Notes: generated from the sequence alone by a model not told the origin. Shown: positions 48,222 to 58,355, counted from the first letter of the stretch. The stretch is DNA of 64,000 nucleotides from Alphaproteobacteria bacterium (GCA_017503725.1 JAFVSL010000003.1:6236-70235), one strand, 5' to 3'. Numbers and translations: made by a program.

Positions 48222-49230
48222 AATCTTGTGCATTTTGTGTCAAATCGGAAAACTTAACGCCACGACCTGTAATTAGATTGGTTGGGATTGGTTTACGCTC
48301 AATCGCCGCCAATACAGATTTAACAACTGCATTTCGTTCGGCGGCGAACAAGATTTTACCCGATTTGCTGATTTTATATGGGCTTTTTTCACCCAGGTCA
48401 AATGTTGAATGTTCGTCCGTTTCGGCATCGGGCATTTCGTTCCGAACGTTTGGAACAATCAATGTGCGCGTATTTTCTATGTACATTGGGTTAACCCTTT
48501 CGGCATTTTCCAGAAAAACCGCATCTATCATATTGTTATTGCGCAGGACCGCATCGTGTATCGACATAAAAGATACGCTGGTTGTCTTCAATTGCGATAA
48601 TGGCGCCAACGGTTCGTGATTTATCGTAACAATATTCTTCAAGAATAAATCAATTTCCGCCTGCGTATAACCCGCGTTTAGCATCGCCTGTTGCAGCATA
48701 CGCTGCAACATCAACAATGTTGATGTGCCTTGGCAATGCGTAAAGAAAATCGCATTGCGCGCATATTGGATGGCGGTGTTTATATCGTGACGACGACCGT
48801 ATTGATTGACGATGCGTGGCTTAAATATGTGTTCAAACAAAATTTGTACGAAAACAGGTTTTGTTTCAAATTTATCAACGGTTGCGATTTGCTGGGCACG
48901 CTTTGTGTTATCTGCGTCCAGTTCTATAACATTGCGTCCCGCCGCGCGAAACAGTTCCGCCCGATCGTGCGATGGCACACGTGAACCAAATGCATAGAAC
49001 GTCGAATATAAATCAATGCCTTTGATGTCATTTTGTCTTAAAATCTCGCGAATATATCGTCCGTAGAATCGTGCTTTGTATTCGTCAATTGTTTCTTCGC
49101 CGCCCAGTGCAAATATAGCCAGTTTACCAACCGGTATTTGCGATGGGTTGCGAATAAACTCGTTGTCATTTACCGATTTAGGAACAATTTTTATAATCTG
49201 CGCGCTGCTGCGCTGAAAAGACTGATTCAT
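48166..49230 (-). CDS. hypothetical protein, paralogue A of a tandem pair (HC-x-G motif)
   Basis: 354 aa, alignable with the 49244-50266 product: ALGGEETIDEYKARFYG / ILGGGVTTDEKRASGYI; IFFTHCQGTSTL / IFYNHCHGAVAL; NHEPLAPL / QHNPVGPL; both end ..HQK. The 3' end overlaps the helicase 3' end by 56 nt (convergent). Confidence 0.65.
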   Translation of the reverse strand: MNQSFQRSSAQIIKIVPKSVNDNEFIRNPSQIPVGKLAIFALGGEETIDEYKARFYGRYIREILRQNDIKGIDLYSTFYAFGSRVPSHDRAELFRAAGRNVIELDADNTKRAQQIATVDKFETKPVFVQILFEHIFKPRIVNQYGRRHDINTAIQYARNAIFFTHCQGTSTLLMLQRMLQQAMLNAGYTQAEIDLFLKNIVTINHEPLAPLSQLKTTSVSFMSIHDAVLRNNNMIDAVFLENAERVNPMYIENTRTLIVPNVRNEMPDAETDEHSTFDLGEKSPYKISKSGKILFAAERNAVVKSVLAAIERKPIPTNLITGRGVKFSDLTQNAQDFMRVAYRSPQIQVHDHQK

Positions 49231-49243
49231 ATCTATGCCTTTA

Positions 49244-50266
49244 TCATTTTTGATGATTGTTTTTCGACATTTGTCTTATGCCCATCATAGCATTACTTAG
49301 TTTGTCACCGCCAGATTTCATTGCGTTAAAATCAACTATGTCATCAGATACACATTGTTCGATATTTGGTATTGGTGCTTTGTCTTGTGCGGCGATAATC
49401 ACATTTCTTAATGCGTTTTGTTCGGCGCGGAATATGATTTGTCCGTTTTTTGTAAGACGTGCCCCAGAATCGCTTTTATAACCATCACTGAAACCGTGTT
49501 CTGCGCCTTGCTGTACGTTCAGTTTCCCTGCAACAAAAACGTTGCCATATGTTTCGCCAAAGAAAGACGGTTCCAGATTGTGAACACCCATAACGTGATC
49601 AGAAAACGGATTGTGGTATTCCAGAACATCATCGGACGCAGATAAAAAATTGATAGTCGTGACACCTGGTTTTTCCAACGGCCCAACAGGATTGTGTTGA
49701 ATTGCTATGATGCTTTTAAGAATTGCGCTAACGGATTTGTCATCAAATCCCGCATTTTTTAATTCTTTGTGTGTAACTTCTGATAACAACCGCAATGCGA
49801 CCGCGCCGTGACAGTGATTATAAAATATTAAATTGCGCATATTCTGGATTGTGGTTGCCACATCACCAATAACAATACGCGGTTCAATTATTTCATCATA
49901 AAGGTCCAACACATATTCGGGCACAGGTTCGTTTTCGTTTATTTGATTCAGTTTTTGTTCTTGTTGAATCGCATTTTTAATTTTACGTCCCGCGCGACGA
50001 AATAAATTTATTTTTAACAAATCTGAATCCAGCGAACCGAAAGAATAAACCGCACTGTATATATTCACATCTTTTATATTGGAATTTTTAAGTACGGGTT
50101 CAATGTGTTCAATATATCCAGATGCGCGTTTCTCGTCTGTGGTGACGCCACCACCCAGTATGACCAGCGCAACCTTGTCCAATGGGATATTGTCCGCCAT
50201 TGAATATCCCATATTATTCGGCATCATACGAATTAAACAAGAACGACTGGGCACATATTTATTCAT
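49244..50266 (-). CDS. hypothetical protein, paralogue B of a tandem pair (HC-x-G motif)
   Basis: 340 aa; see paralogue A. The start ATG overlaps the rimI stop (ATGA), implying co-transcription. Confidence 0.65.
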   Translation of the reverse strand: MNKYVPSRSCLIRMMPNNMGYSMADNIPLDKVALVILGGGVTTDEKRASGYIEHIEPVLKNSNIKDVNIYSAVYSFGSLDSDLLKINLFRRAGRKIKNAIQQEQKLNQINENEPVPEYVLDLYDEIIEPRIVIGDVATTIQNMRNLIFYNHCHGAVALRLLSEVTHKELKNAGFDDKSVSAILKSIIAIQHNPVGPLEKPGVTTINFLSASDDVLEYHNPFSDHVMGVHNLEPSFFGETYGNVFVAGKLNVQQGAEHGFSDGYKSDSGARLTKNGQIIFRAEQNALRNVIIAAQDKAPIPNIEQCVSDDIVDFNAMKSGGDKLSNAMMGIRQMSKNNHQK

Positions 50267-50664
50267 ATATCCTTCCTCATCATTATGGCATCTACGCCGT
50301 CATAGTACTTTGGGCGTACGCCGATTTGCTTGTACCCGTTACCGGTATACAGGCTTCGCGCCGGCGCGTTGTCCGCCGCCACCTCTAAGAATATATGTTT
50401 TATGCCACGTTTTTTCAAGTCACCTTCAATAATCCCCAACATTGCCGCCGCAATTCCACCGCGACGCGCATCAGGTGCAACGCCGATGGTGATTATCTCG
50501 GCTTCATCACAGGTCGCGCGATAAACGATAAAGCCATTTTGACTGGCGATGATTTCGCACCCAGATTTTTGCAAGTCTGCAAAGTCCGCCGTCCCCCACG
50601 GTTTGTGTGGGAAACATTTGGCGTGTAATTCAGCCAGGTTGCCAAGTAAGTTTTCGTTCGGCAA
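50263..50664 (-). CDS. rimI: ribosomal-protein-alanine N-acetyltransferase RimI (GNAT)
   Basis: GNAT motif A (VAPDARRGGIAAAMLG), LEVAADNAPARSLYTGNGYKQIGVRPKYY. Position downstream of tsaB. Confidence 0.8.
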   Translation of the reverse strand: MPNENLLGNLAELHAKCFPHKPWGTADFADLQKSGCEIIASQNGFIVYRATCDEAEIITIGVAPDARRGGIAAAMLGIIEGDLKKRGIKHIFLEVAADNAPARSLYTGNGYKQIGVRPKYYDGVDAIMMRKDI

Positions 50665-50685
50665 TGTGCATCCCCCTGTGATAGA

Positions 50686-51033
50686 TTAACGTTTGCGTAC
50701 AAATGCGCGATTGTGAAAGTTTTTCTTTAACTGTGTTCTGGCAATTTGTGCCTCGTGTTTTGCGGACAGGGTGTTATACATAGTCTGTGCCACATTACCG
50801 GTGATTTCCTGTGCATTACCATCAGTTTTTATTTTCAGAATATATTTTGATACAGCGTGTGTCTTTTTATTCTTTACCGCATACACGCATATACTAACCT
50901 TTTTCGAATCTATGTAATAGCAATGTACGACGATATTTTCGCTTTTGCCTGAACTGTTTGTGTATATAACAGTGTTGCGTTTTATCGCTTTATCAATTAA
51001 ATCGTTATGTTCTTTTATTAAGTCTTTTATCAT
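50686..51033 (-). CDS. hypothetical protein (ORFan between tsaB and rimI)
   Basis: 115-aa ORF filling the tsaB-rimI gap with short spacers. No motif recognised. Confidence 0.45.
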   Translation of the reverse strand: MIKDLIKEHNDLIDKAIKRNTVIYTNSSGKSENIVVHCYYIDSKKVSICVYAVKNKKTHAVSKYILKIKTDGNAQEITGNVAQTMYNTLSAKHEAQIARTQLKKNFHNRAFVRKR

Positions 51034-51044
51034 AATGTTCTTCT

Positions 51045-51584
51045 TTATTGTTTGTTTTGTTCAGCATAGCTGGGGCGCAGGTACATTGGTACAACCGGTT
51101 CTAAATCACCGTTTGCAATTTTTTGTGCAACAATTTGCGTTCCCAATTTTAAATCAAATGGCTTGTGCCCAACGGTGCGTGGCCACGCCATCTGTTTAGT
51201 TTCTAATTCTTCGATTTCCATTGTGCACGGGGCCAGGCCCGGTGCCGCCACAAAGAAATCACCACGACCCGAATCCAGGGCAACAAACGCATCCGGTGTC
51301 GCCGCCAGATACAGGTCGAATAAACTTATCCCCACAACGGGAATTTTTAATCCAATCCCCAGCCCCTTGGCATACGCGATGCCTAGGCGGATGCCGGTAA
51401 AACTGCCCGGTCCAACAACAATCCCAATGGCGGATAAATCAGACCATTTTGCGCCACATTCGGATATGAATTTTTCACATTCGACGGGCAGGGCGACAGA
51501 TTGTTTTTCCACCGCAACAGATTTGTATTTATCGCCCAATACAAATTCCAGATTTCCGCCCGATGTATTGATAATTAAAATCAT
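51045..51584 (-). CDS. tsaB: tRNA threonylcarbamoyladenosine biosynthesis protein TsaB (YeaZ)
   Basis: MILIINTSGG start (12 codons inside the track ORF; ATGA overlap with the upstream gene). The GPGSFTGIRLGIAYAKGL motif is typical of TsaB. Confidence 0.85.
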   Translation of the reverse strand: MILIINTSGGNLEFVLGDKYKSVAVEKQSVALPVECEKFISECGAKWSDLSAIGIVVGPGSFTGIRLGIAYAKGLGIGLKIPVVGISLFDLYLAATPDAFVALDSGRGDFFVAAPGLAPCTMEIEELETKQMAWPRTVGHKPFDLKLGTQIVAQKIANGDLEPVVPMYLRPSYAEQNKQ

Positions 51585-51943
51585 TTTTGTTTGTCCTTTA
51601 ATTCGTGCAACAAATCCCAAAAACAGTGTGAAATCGTTCCGTAATCTATTTTACTTTTAGATGTTTCGTTATCAAAGACATACGATTGATACTGTTTAAA
51701 GGGCGGATAAGACTTAGGCATTTTGGTTTCTATAACACGTATTGTATACTTTTTACTGCGTGCTATAACAACGGTTTCTAGCATACCTGGAAGTTGCGAG
51801 TTCTGTATGCGTGTAAAAAAATGCCATTTATTGGCGTTGGCATAGTCCGCCACAGAATTAAAGAAATCAATCTGCTCTTGCCCGTTGCCAAACACGACGG
51901 CTTCAATTGGTCTGCCGTTAAGTATTACCATATCTGTTTTCAT
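51581..51943 (-). CDS. hypothetical protein (ORFan following the Lon-like gene)
   Basis: 120-aa ORF, 4-nt overlapped at both ends with its neighbours. No similarity to a Lon protease domain. Confidence 0.45.
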   Translation of the reverse strand: MKTDMVILNGRPIEAVVFGNGQEQIDFFNSVADYANANKWHFFTRIQNSQLPGMLETVVIARSKKYTIRVIETKMPKSYPPFKQYQSYVFDNETSKSKIDYGTISHCFWDLLHELKDKQK

Positions 51944-53697
51944 ATGCGTACCCCAAATCCAATTTTCTTTGAAAATCCGGCCGTCTGACGTACAGATAAT
52001 AATTCATCAATTTTATCACACGTAAATTCGGTACGCACATCTTCGGCATTGTTTTCCAATAATGCACGACGCAGGATTGCGGTTATTTCACGCTGTAATT
52101 GGCGTACCCCTTGTTCAGATGTGTATTTTTGAATGATATGACGAATCGCATCATCCGACAGAATGATATGTTCCATATCCCATCCGGTGTCACGCGCGGC
52201 GCGTTTGATTAAATGCTCGCGTGCAATCTGAACTTTTTCTTCGATTGAATATCCCGGTATCTCGATAATTTCCATACGGTCTTTTAATGCGTTCGACATA
52301 TTCAGCGAATTTGCGGTCGCAATGAACAAGACATTTGATAAATCAAAATCGACTTCCAAATAATGGTCACGGAAGGCCTTGTTCTGTTCCGGGTCCAGAA
52401 TTTCCAGCAACGCAGATTCCGGGTCACCACGCCAGTCACGGCCCATCTTGTCGATTTCGTCCAAAACAATAACCGGATTATTTGACTTGCATCGTTTTAA
52501 TGCGTCCATAATGCGACCCGTCTGTGCACCTATATATGTTTTACGGTGGCCTCGGAAATGTGCCTCGTCCGATACCCCGCCCAGGGATATACGCTGATAC
52601 TTACGCCCCAGTGCCGTTGCGATTGATTTGCCCAGTGATGTTTTTCCAACACCCGGCGCACCAACAAAGCACAAAATCGACCCCTGGTTAGATTTGGTCT
52701 TTTTCATCACCGCAATATGTTCCAAGATGCGTTCTTTGACACCACGCATACCTGAATGTTCGGAATCCAGCACACTGCGTGCCATATTTAAATCAATCTG
52801 TGATTTATCAGATTTATTCCACGGCATCGCCAACAATTCATCCAGATATGTTTTAAGCAATCCGCCTTCGTTCGACATCGGTGACAGGGATTTCATACGT
52901 TTCCATTCACTTATTGCTTTTTCTTTTGCCTCGCGTGGCAGGTGTGCATTCTCGATCCGCTTGCGAATGTTTTCTGTATCCATTTCCAGGTCGTCGTCAC
53001 CCATTTCGCGCTGAATGGCGCGCATTTTTTCTTGCAAGATTGCCTCGCGTCGACCTTTTTCCATTTGCTGATGAATACGCTTGTTAATAGATTCTTCGAT
53101 TTTTGCGGTTTCAGCCATTAAATTAACCTGTTCCAACAGGATGATTAACTTTTCCCGCCACGATGACGCAGACAGTATTTTCAGTGCCGGCTCAACATCC
53201 ATTTCGATTGTCTGAACGACAAAGTCAATGAATGCCGGCAATGGATAGTTGGTCGCAACATTGCGCAACTTTTCCATTTTAAATCTTTTTACATTTGCCA
53301 AGAATTGCATATTTTCGGCAATTTTATCACGCAACGCCAATGTTTGTTCGTGGCTGGTGTCGTCTTGGATTGCGATTGGTTCCACGTTTCCGACAAATAT
53401 ACCGTCTTCGATAACGACATCACTGACGCGCACCGCATCGGTTGTGCGAACAATGGCGTGCAGACTGCCATCGGGCATACGTAAAATCTGAACAATATCA
53501 CCGATTGTGCCAACATTGTAAATATCGTCGGGATTGGATGGATAGTTCCACGTGCGCTGCGCCACCAAGACCAGGCGCTGTCCCGTCTTTGCCGCGGATT
53601 CAATGCACGCAATAGATGTTTTATTATCAATGTACACCGGCACCGTCAGCCCCGGATGCACCACAAAATCCCGAAATGGTAAAATATATTCTTTCAT
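51940..53697 (-). CDS. Lon-like AAA+ protein lacking the S16 protease domain (LON N-domain + AAA+ module only)
   Basis: The N-terminus ILPFRDFVVHPGLTVPVYI and DIYNVGTIGDIVQ form a LON substrate-binding domain. Walker A GAPGVGKTSLGKSIA, Walker B VIVLDEIDKM, sensor FIATAN and DRMEIIEIPGYS are present. The ORF stops after the AAA+ lid, where canonical Lon continues with about 200 aa of protease domain. Confidence 0.8.
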   Translation of the reverse strand: MKEYILPFRDFVVHPGLTVPVYIDNKTSIACIESAAKTGQRLVLVAQRTWNYPSNPDDIYNVGTIGDIVQILRMPDGSLHAIVRTTDAVRVSDVVIEDGIFVGNVEPIAIQDDTSHEQTLALRDKIAENMQFLANVKRFKMEKLRNVATNYPLPAFIDFVVQTIEMDVEPALKILSASSWREKLIILLEQVNLMAETAKIEESINKRIHQQMEKGRREAILQEKMRAIQREMGDDDLEMDTENIRKRIENAHLPREAKEKAISEWKRMKSLSPMSNEGGLLKTYLDELLAMPWNKSDKSQIDLNMARSVLDSEHSGMRGVKERILEHIAVMKKTKSNQGSILCFVGAPGVGKTSLGKSIATALGRKYQRISLGGVSDEAHFRGHRKTYIGAQTGRIMDALKRCKSNNPVIVLDEIDKMGRDWRGDPESALLEILDPEQNKAFRDHYLEVDFDLSNVLFIATANSLNMSNALKDRMEIIEIPGYSIEEKVQIAREHLIKRAARDTGWDMEHIILSDDAIRHIIQKYTSEQGVRQLQREITAILRRALLENNAEDVRTEFTCDKIDELLSVRQTAGFSKKIGFGVRI

Positions 53698-53780
53698 AGT
53701 GGATTAAATATAATACATTTTGCGAATATTTCAAGCACTATGAAATCCCAATGTTATGATAAACTACGCGATTTGGTAAT

Positions 53781-53808
53781 AAAAAACCCGGCATTTGCCG
53801 GGATTTTA
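53781..53808 (-). terminator. rho-independent terminator
   Basis: aaaaaacccggcatttgccgggatttt. Confidence 0.8.
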
Positions 53809-54045
53809 TTAACGACGACGATTGTGCCCGCCGAAACTGCCGTGTTGGGCACTGTTGCTGGAACGCTTTGATAAATAGCGTGCCGCAATCAGGACCAGCC
53901 ATTCCAATGACAGCATTGCCAAGCCAATCAATTTATTTTCAATACCATTCATCCAACCCAATACATAAACCAACTGGGCAACAAAAGAAATGTATAAAAC
54001 ACCGAATACGCCGGTAAAGAATACTTTTTTAATTTTTCCAAACAT
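53809..54045 (-). CDS. small hypothetical membrane protein
   Basis: 78 aa with two hydrophobic helices and a basic C-terminus. aaggacag SD-like sequence upstream. Confidence 0.5.
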   Translation of the reverse strand: MFGKIKKVFFTGVFGVLYISFVAQLVYVLGWMNGIENKLIGLAMLSLEWLVLIAARYLSKRSSNSAQHGSFGGHNRRR

Positions 54046-54071
54046 TTTCTGTCCTTATGTTCCATTTTTAT

Positions 54072-54424
54072 AATAAATTAAGAATGCCGGGTTTCTGGTG
54101 CCATGTACCCGGCGAACACCGCAATTGCTTAAACGAATACGGTCAACAATCGCCAACCATATTCAACGCCATATTTAGGCAGCCATTGCAAGGCGAACAT
54201 TGTCGTTCGCAGCGATTCTATCGCCATTCAGTTTTTATTTGGCTTTTAACGACACCACGTCGGATTCACCCAGTTTGTCTTTCATCATCTGTCGAATCTA
54301 TGTCAGCCCCATAACCAAATACGACCATAAATCGTATCAAGTAATGGTGGAGCTGTGGGGTACCGCCCCCCAGTCCATAATGACTATTTCACAACGGATT
54401 CAGAATCATCATCGTTTGCACGAC
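54072..54424 (-). ncRNA. ssrA: tmRNA gene, circularly permuted two-piece type (acceptor piece, spacer, coding piece)
   Basis: Reading the minus strand:
- Acceptor piece ends ...GGGG-GGCGGTA-CCCC-ACAGCTCC-ACCA at 54345.
- The coding piece starts 35 nt later (54310) with GGGGCTGACATAGATTCGAC, which pairs with CAGCTCC and includes the G3:U70 Ala identity pair.
- Tag frame gct gcg aac gac aat gtt cgc ctt gca atg gct gcc taa gives (A)ANDNVRLAMAA*, with its stop at 54175-54177.
- Terminator hairpin gccgggt...acccggc at about 54086-54113. Confidence 0.9.
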
Positions 54425-54430
54425 CCCAAG

Positions 54431-54459
54431 ATTATAGTCTTTTACACTGGAAATTGCAA
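54431..54459 (-). promoter_or_regulatory. sigma70 promoter TTGCAA-N17-TATAAT for ssrA
   Basis: -35 at 54454-54459 and -10 at 54431-54436 on the minus strand. Confidence 0.75.
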
Positions 54460-54467
54460 GTTTTTAG

Positions 54468-55989
<1,522 letters not shown>

Positions 55990-56075
55990 CCAAGAAAATA
56001 ATTTTTTGATTTTTAGTACATTCTCTGCTAAGATTTTCTTACGAACAAAACCAAAAACAGAAGGAGAAGTACACA

Positions 56076-56699
56076 ATGGTATCATTAAAAGGTACACAGA
56101 CAGAAAAAAATCTGTTAATCGCGTTTGCTGGCGAATCCCAGGCACGTAATCGCTATACATTCTTTGCGTCTGCCGCAAAGAAAGAGGGGTATCAGGCAAT
56201 TTCTAAAATTTTCCTGGAAACCGCAGATCAGGAAAAAGAACACGCATCACGTTTGTTCAAGTTCTTGGAGGGTGGTGACTTGGAAATCACGGCATCTTTC
56301 CCAGCTGGCAAAATCGGCACAACATTGGAAAATTTACAGGCCGCCGCATACGGTGAACACGAAGAAAATACTGAAATGTATCCAAAGTTTGCACAGATTG
56401 CCGCCCAAGAAGGCTTCCCTGCAATCGCTGAAATTCTGAAAAACATCGGTTTGGCGGAACGTTATCACGAATCTCGTTTCCGTGCGCTGGCCGAAGCCCT
56501 GGAAGATGGCACATTGTTCAAACAAGATAACATTGTTATGTGGCGCTGCACAAATTGTGGTATGTGGCACATTGGAACAGATGCACCAAAAGTTTGTCCC
56601 GCGTGCCTGCACGAACAGGGCTACTTTATCAGCGAGGGCACAACATCCCGCTGTGACACGAACGAAGGGTTTTGTGAATACGCGGTCATTGATGACTAA
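56076..56699 (+). CDS. rubrerythrin
   Basis: N-terminal ferritin-like diiron domain (AGESQARNRY, EKEHA, EHEENTEMYP, ERYHESRF) and a C-terminal rubredoxin-like CTNCG...CPAC. ggagaag SD upstream. Confidence 0.88.
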   Translation: MVSLKGTQTEKNLLIAFAGESQARNRYTFFASAAKKEGYQAISKIFLETADQEKEHASRLFKFLEGGDLEITASFPAGKIGTTLENLQAAAYGEHEENTEMYPKFAQIAAQEGFPAIAEILKNIGLAERYHESRFRALAEALEDGTLFKQDNIVMWRCTNCGMWHIGTDAPKVCPACLHEQGYFISEGTTSRCDTNEGFCEYAVIDD

Positions 56700-56702
56700 T
56701 AC

Positions 56703-56731
56703 AAAAATCCCGCAAACGCGGGATTTTTTAT
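56703..56731. terminator. bidirectional terminator (rubrerythrin / lipoprotein gene)
   Basis: aaaaatcccgcaaacgcgggatttttt. Confidence 0.85.
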
Positions 56732-57183
56732 TTTTCTAGCGTGTCCAGAATTTTATCCAATTTACGCAACGAACTGTTTGCACATCCCCGCCCGCGCCAC
56801 GTTAAAATTTCCTCGCCAGACTGCTGATTTACAATGGATATATTAAAATTCCACCACCAAAATCCGTTAAGTGCGCACCAGATTGGACGAAATTTTTCCT
56901 CGCGTTCCGATATAGTTAATAAATAATGTGCATTTGCCGGAATTTCAAAGCGTTCATAGTCTGCAATATCTGTTTCAATAATGTTGTTGGTGCTTTTAAC
57001 TTTTCCAATTTTTAGTGTATATCCACGCTGTTGCAGACGTTCTTTTGTTGCCTGACGCATATTATATCCCCCACGTGTAGTATATATATCTTGCGTTTTA
57101 TCCAACGTTCCGGGTTTCATATGTACGTGATTACACGCGCCCAACATCCCAATCATCATAAATAAAATCAAATTGCGAAACAT
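56728..57183 (-). CDS. hypothetical lipoprotein
   Basis: Signal peptide with lipobox MLGAC, 151 aa. No family recognised. Confidence 0.55.
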   Translation of the reverse strand: MFRNLILFMMIGMLGACNHVHMKPGTLDKTQDIYTTRGGYNMRQATKERLQQRGYTLKIGKVKSTNNIIETDIADYERFEIPANAHYLLTISEREEKFRPIWCALNGFWWWNFNISIVNQQSGEEILTWRGRGCANSSLRKLDKILDTLEK

Positions 57184-57297
57184 TTCCCAGGTCCTTTTTC
57201 TTGTATTCTATGTCTGGACATTAAATAACACAAGATAAAAATAACTTGATAAAAAATATTTGCTTCTGTACGATTTGGAAAACAAACGGGGGTACAG

Positions 57298-57972
57298 ATG
57301 CTGTTTTTTAAAAAGATACACAGAATTAAATATCGCGACAAATCAAATCACTTTATTTTGCATCGGGCTGATGGCACAACCGTAACCAACCCCAGATATG
57401 TGCGTGGATATATTATCCGTTTCAAGGGCAAGAACAGCACGCTTGAAATATATGAACCTTGCCATCTTAATAGTTCCAGAATAGTTTTATTTGATGGTGA
57501 TCACTTTATAATCAAAAAGTCCAGCGGACCAATCTTTGTAATGGGTGGGATTTCGTCCAGACTGTTCATAGACGAAGGGTGTACGCTAAATCATACACAT
57601 TTTTATTTAAATTCTTGCCCGAATGCATTTGTTCGTTTGGGGTGCGACTGTATGTTTTCCACAGATGTTGCCCTTTGGGCCAGTGATACGCATCAAATAC
57701 TGGATAATCATAGTCGTGAAATTTTAAATAATCGCTATGGCATTACAATTGGCGATCATGTTTGGTGTGGTACCAGATGCACAATTTTAAAAGGGACCAA
57801 GGTCTCTAATAATTCCATTATTGGCGCGGCCAGTGTGGTTAGTGGTACATTTGATACACCAAATATAATTATTGCGGGTAATCCGGCCCGACAAATCAAA
57901 ACGAATACAGATTGGTTACGTGATTCCTTGCCCGGCCATAATGATAAAAATAACTTGCAAACGGGAAATTAA
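57298..57972 (+). CDS. hexapeptide-repeat (LbH) acetyltransferase
   Basis: The C-terminal half ITIGDHVWCGTRCTILKGTKVSNNSIIGAASVVSGTF..IIAGNPARQI is a left-handed beta-helix acyltransferase signature. TTGATA-N17-TACGAT promoter upstream. Confidence 0.8.
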   Translation: MLFFKKIHRIKYRDKSNHFILHRADGTTVTNPRYVRGYIIRFKGKNSTLEIYEPCHLNSSRIVLFDGDHFIIKKSSGPIFVMGGISSRLFIDEGCTLNHTHFYLNSCPNAFVRLGCDCMFSTDVALWASDTHQILDNHSREILNNRYGITIGDHVWCGTRCTILKGTKVSNNSIIGAASVVSGTFDTPNIIIAGNPARQIKTNTDWLRDSLPGHNDKNNLQTGN

Positions 57973-58007
57973 TTCTGTATGATAAGCATTGAACTTAATG
58001 GGAATTG

Positions 58008-58214
58008 GGTTCGCGGGCCGTAAGAAAGCCCAACCTACGTGGCGCAGATTGCGCTGTATCCGTTTAAATGGGTTGCGCGCAGTTTGCGCCGTTTCTCGGT
58101 CTTTTTGACTGGGAAGCCGCCGGTTATAAAACAGGTTTTCAACCGAAGGCCGTCGGGGGCGACTCGTAGGTAGCTTTTCTTAACTTCCCGGTCACTTTTT
58201 AGTGGCTTTTTTTT
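58008..58214 (+). other. GC-rich structured non-coding element (unclassified RNA candidate)
   Basis: Features seen:
- long-range helix aagaaagc..cctacg (58022-58039) with cgtagg..gcttttctt (58165-58180)
- twin hairpins gcgca-gat-tgcgc and gcgca-gtt-tgcgc
- GACTGGGAAG (58107-58116), complementary to CTTCCCGGTC (58184-58193)
- that second arm overlaps a weak GTCAC/GTGGC hairpin plus T8 (58191-58214)
The class was not recognised. Confidence 0.4.
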
Positions 58215-58355
58215 ATTTCCATTTTCCGTATTAAGTTTCCATAAAACGTGGGTGGGTGTGGCGCATCGCAAGACCGCCAAATTGGAACCTTATATACTAT
58301 AAGTCACCCCAGTTGTTTGAACCCCACCCGTTCAAAAGGTAACGAAGGGGAAAAT

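Noticed and set aside
51045-51943. Possibility that the Lon protease domain is merely frameshifted and continues downstream.
   Set aside because: None of the six frames in the track over this interval shows Lon_C motifs. The interval is fully occupied by an unrelated 120-aa ORF and tsaB.
58008-58214. Identifying the structured element as SRP (4.5S) RNA, 6S RNA, RNase P RNA or a c-di-GMP/other known riboswitch.
   Set aside because: The hallmark sequences I can recall are absent on both strands: GGAA tetraloop with GGAAGCAGC for SRP, GAGGAAAGTCC for RNase P, GGCAAACC / GGGACGCAAAGCC for GEMM-I. It is left unclassified.
58035-58355. ORF 58035-58280 (minus, 81 aa) and the GTG-initiated 36-codon N-terminal extension of the GT2 gene (58248-58355).
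   Set aside because: Neither has an SD or recognisable motifs. The region is better explained by RNA secondary structure. The GT2 family N-terminus (VSVLTPLYN) begins right after ATG 58356, which has a good SD.
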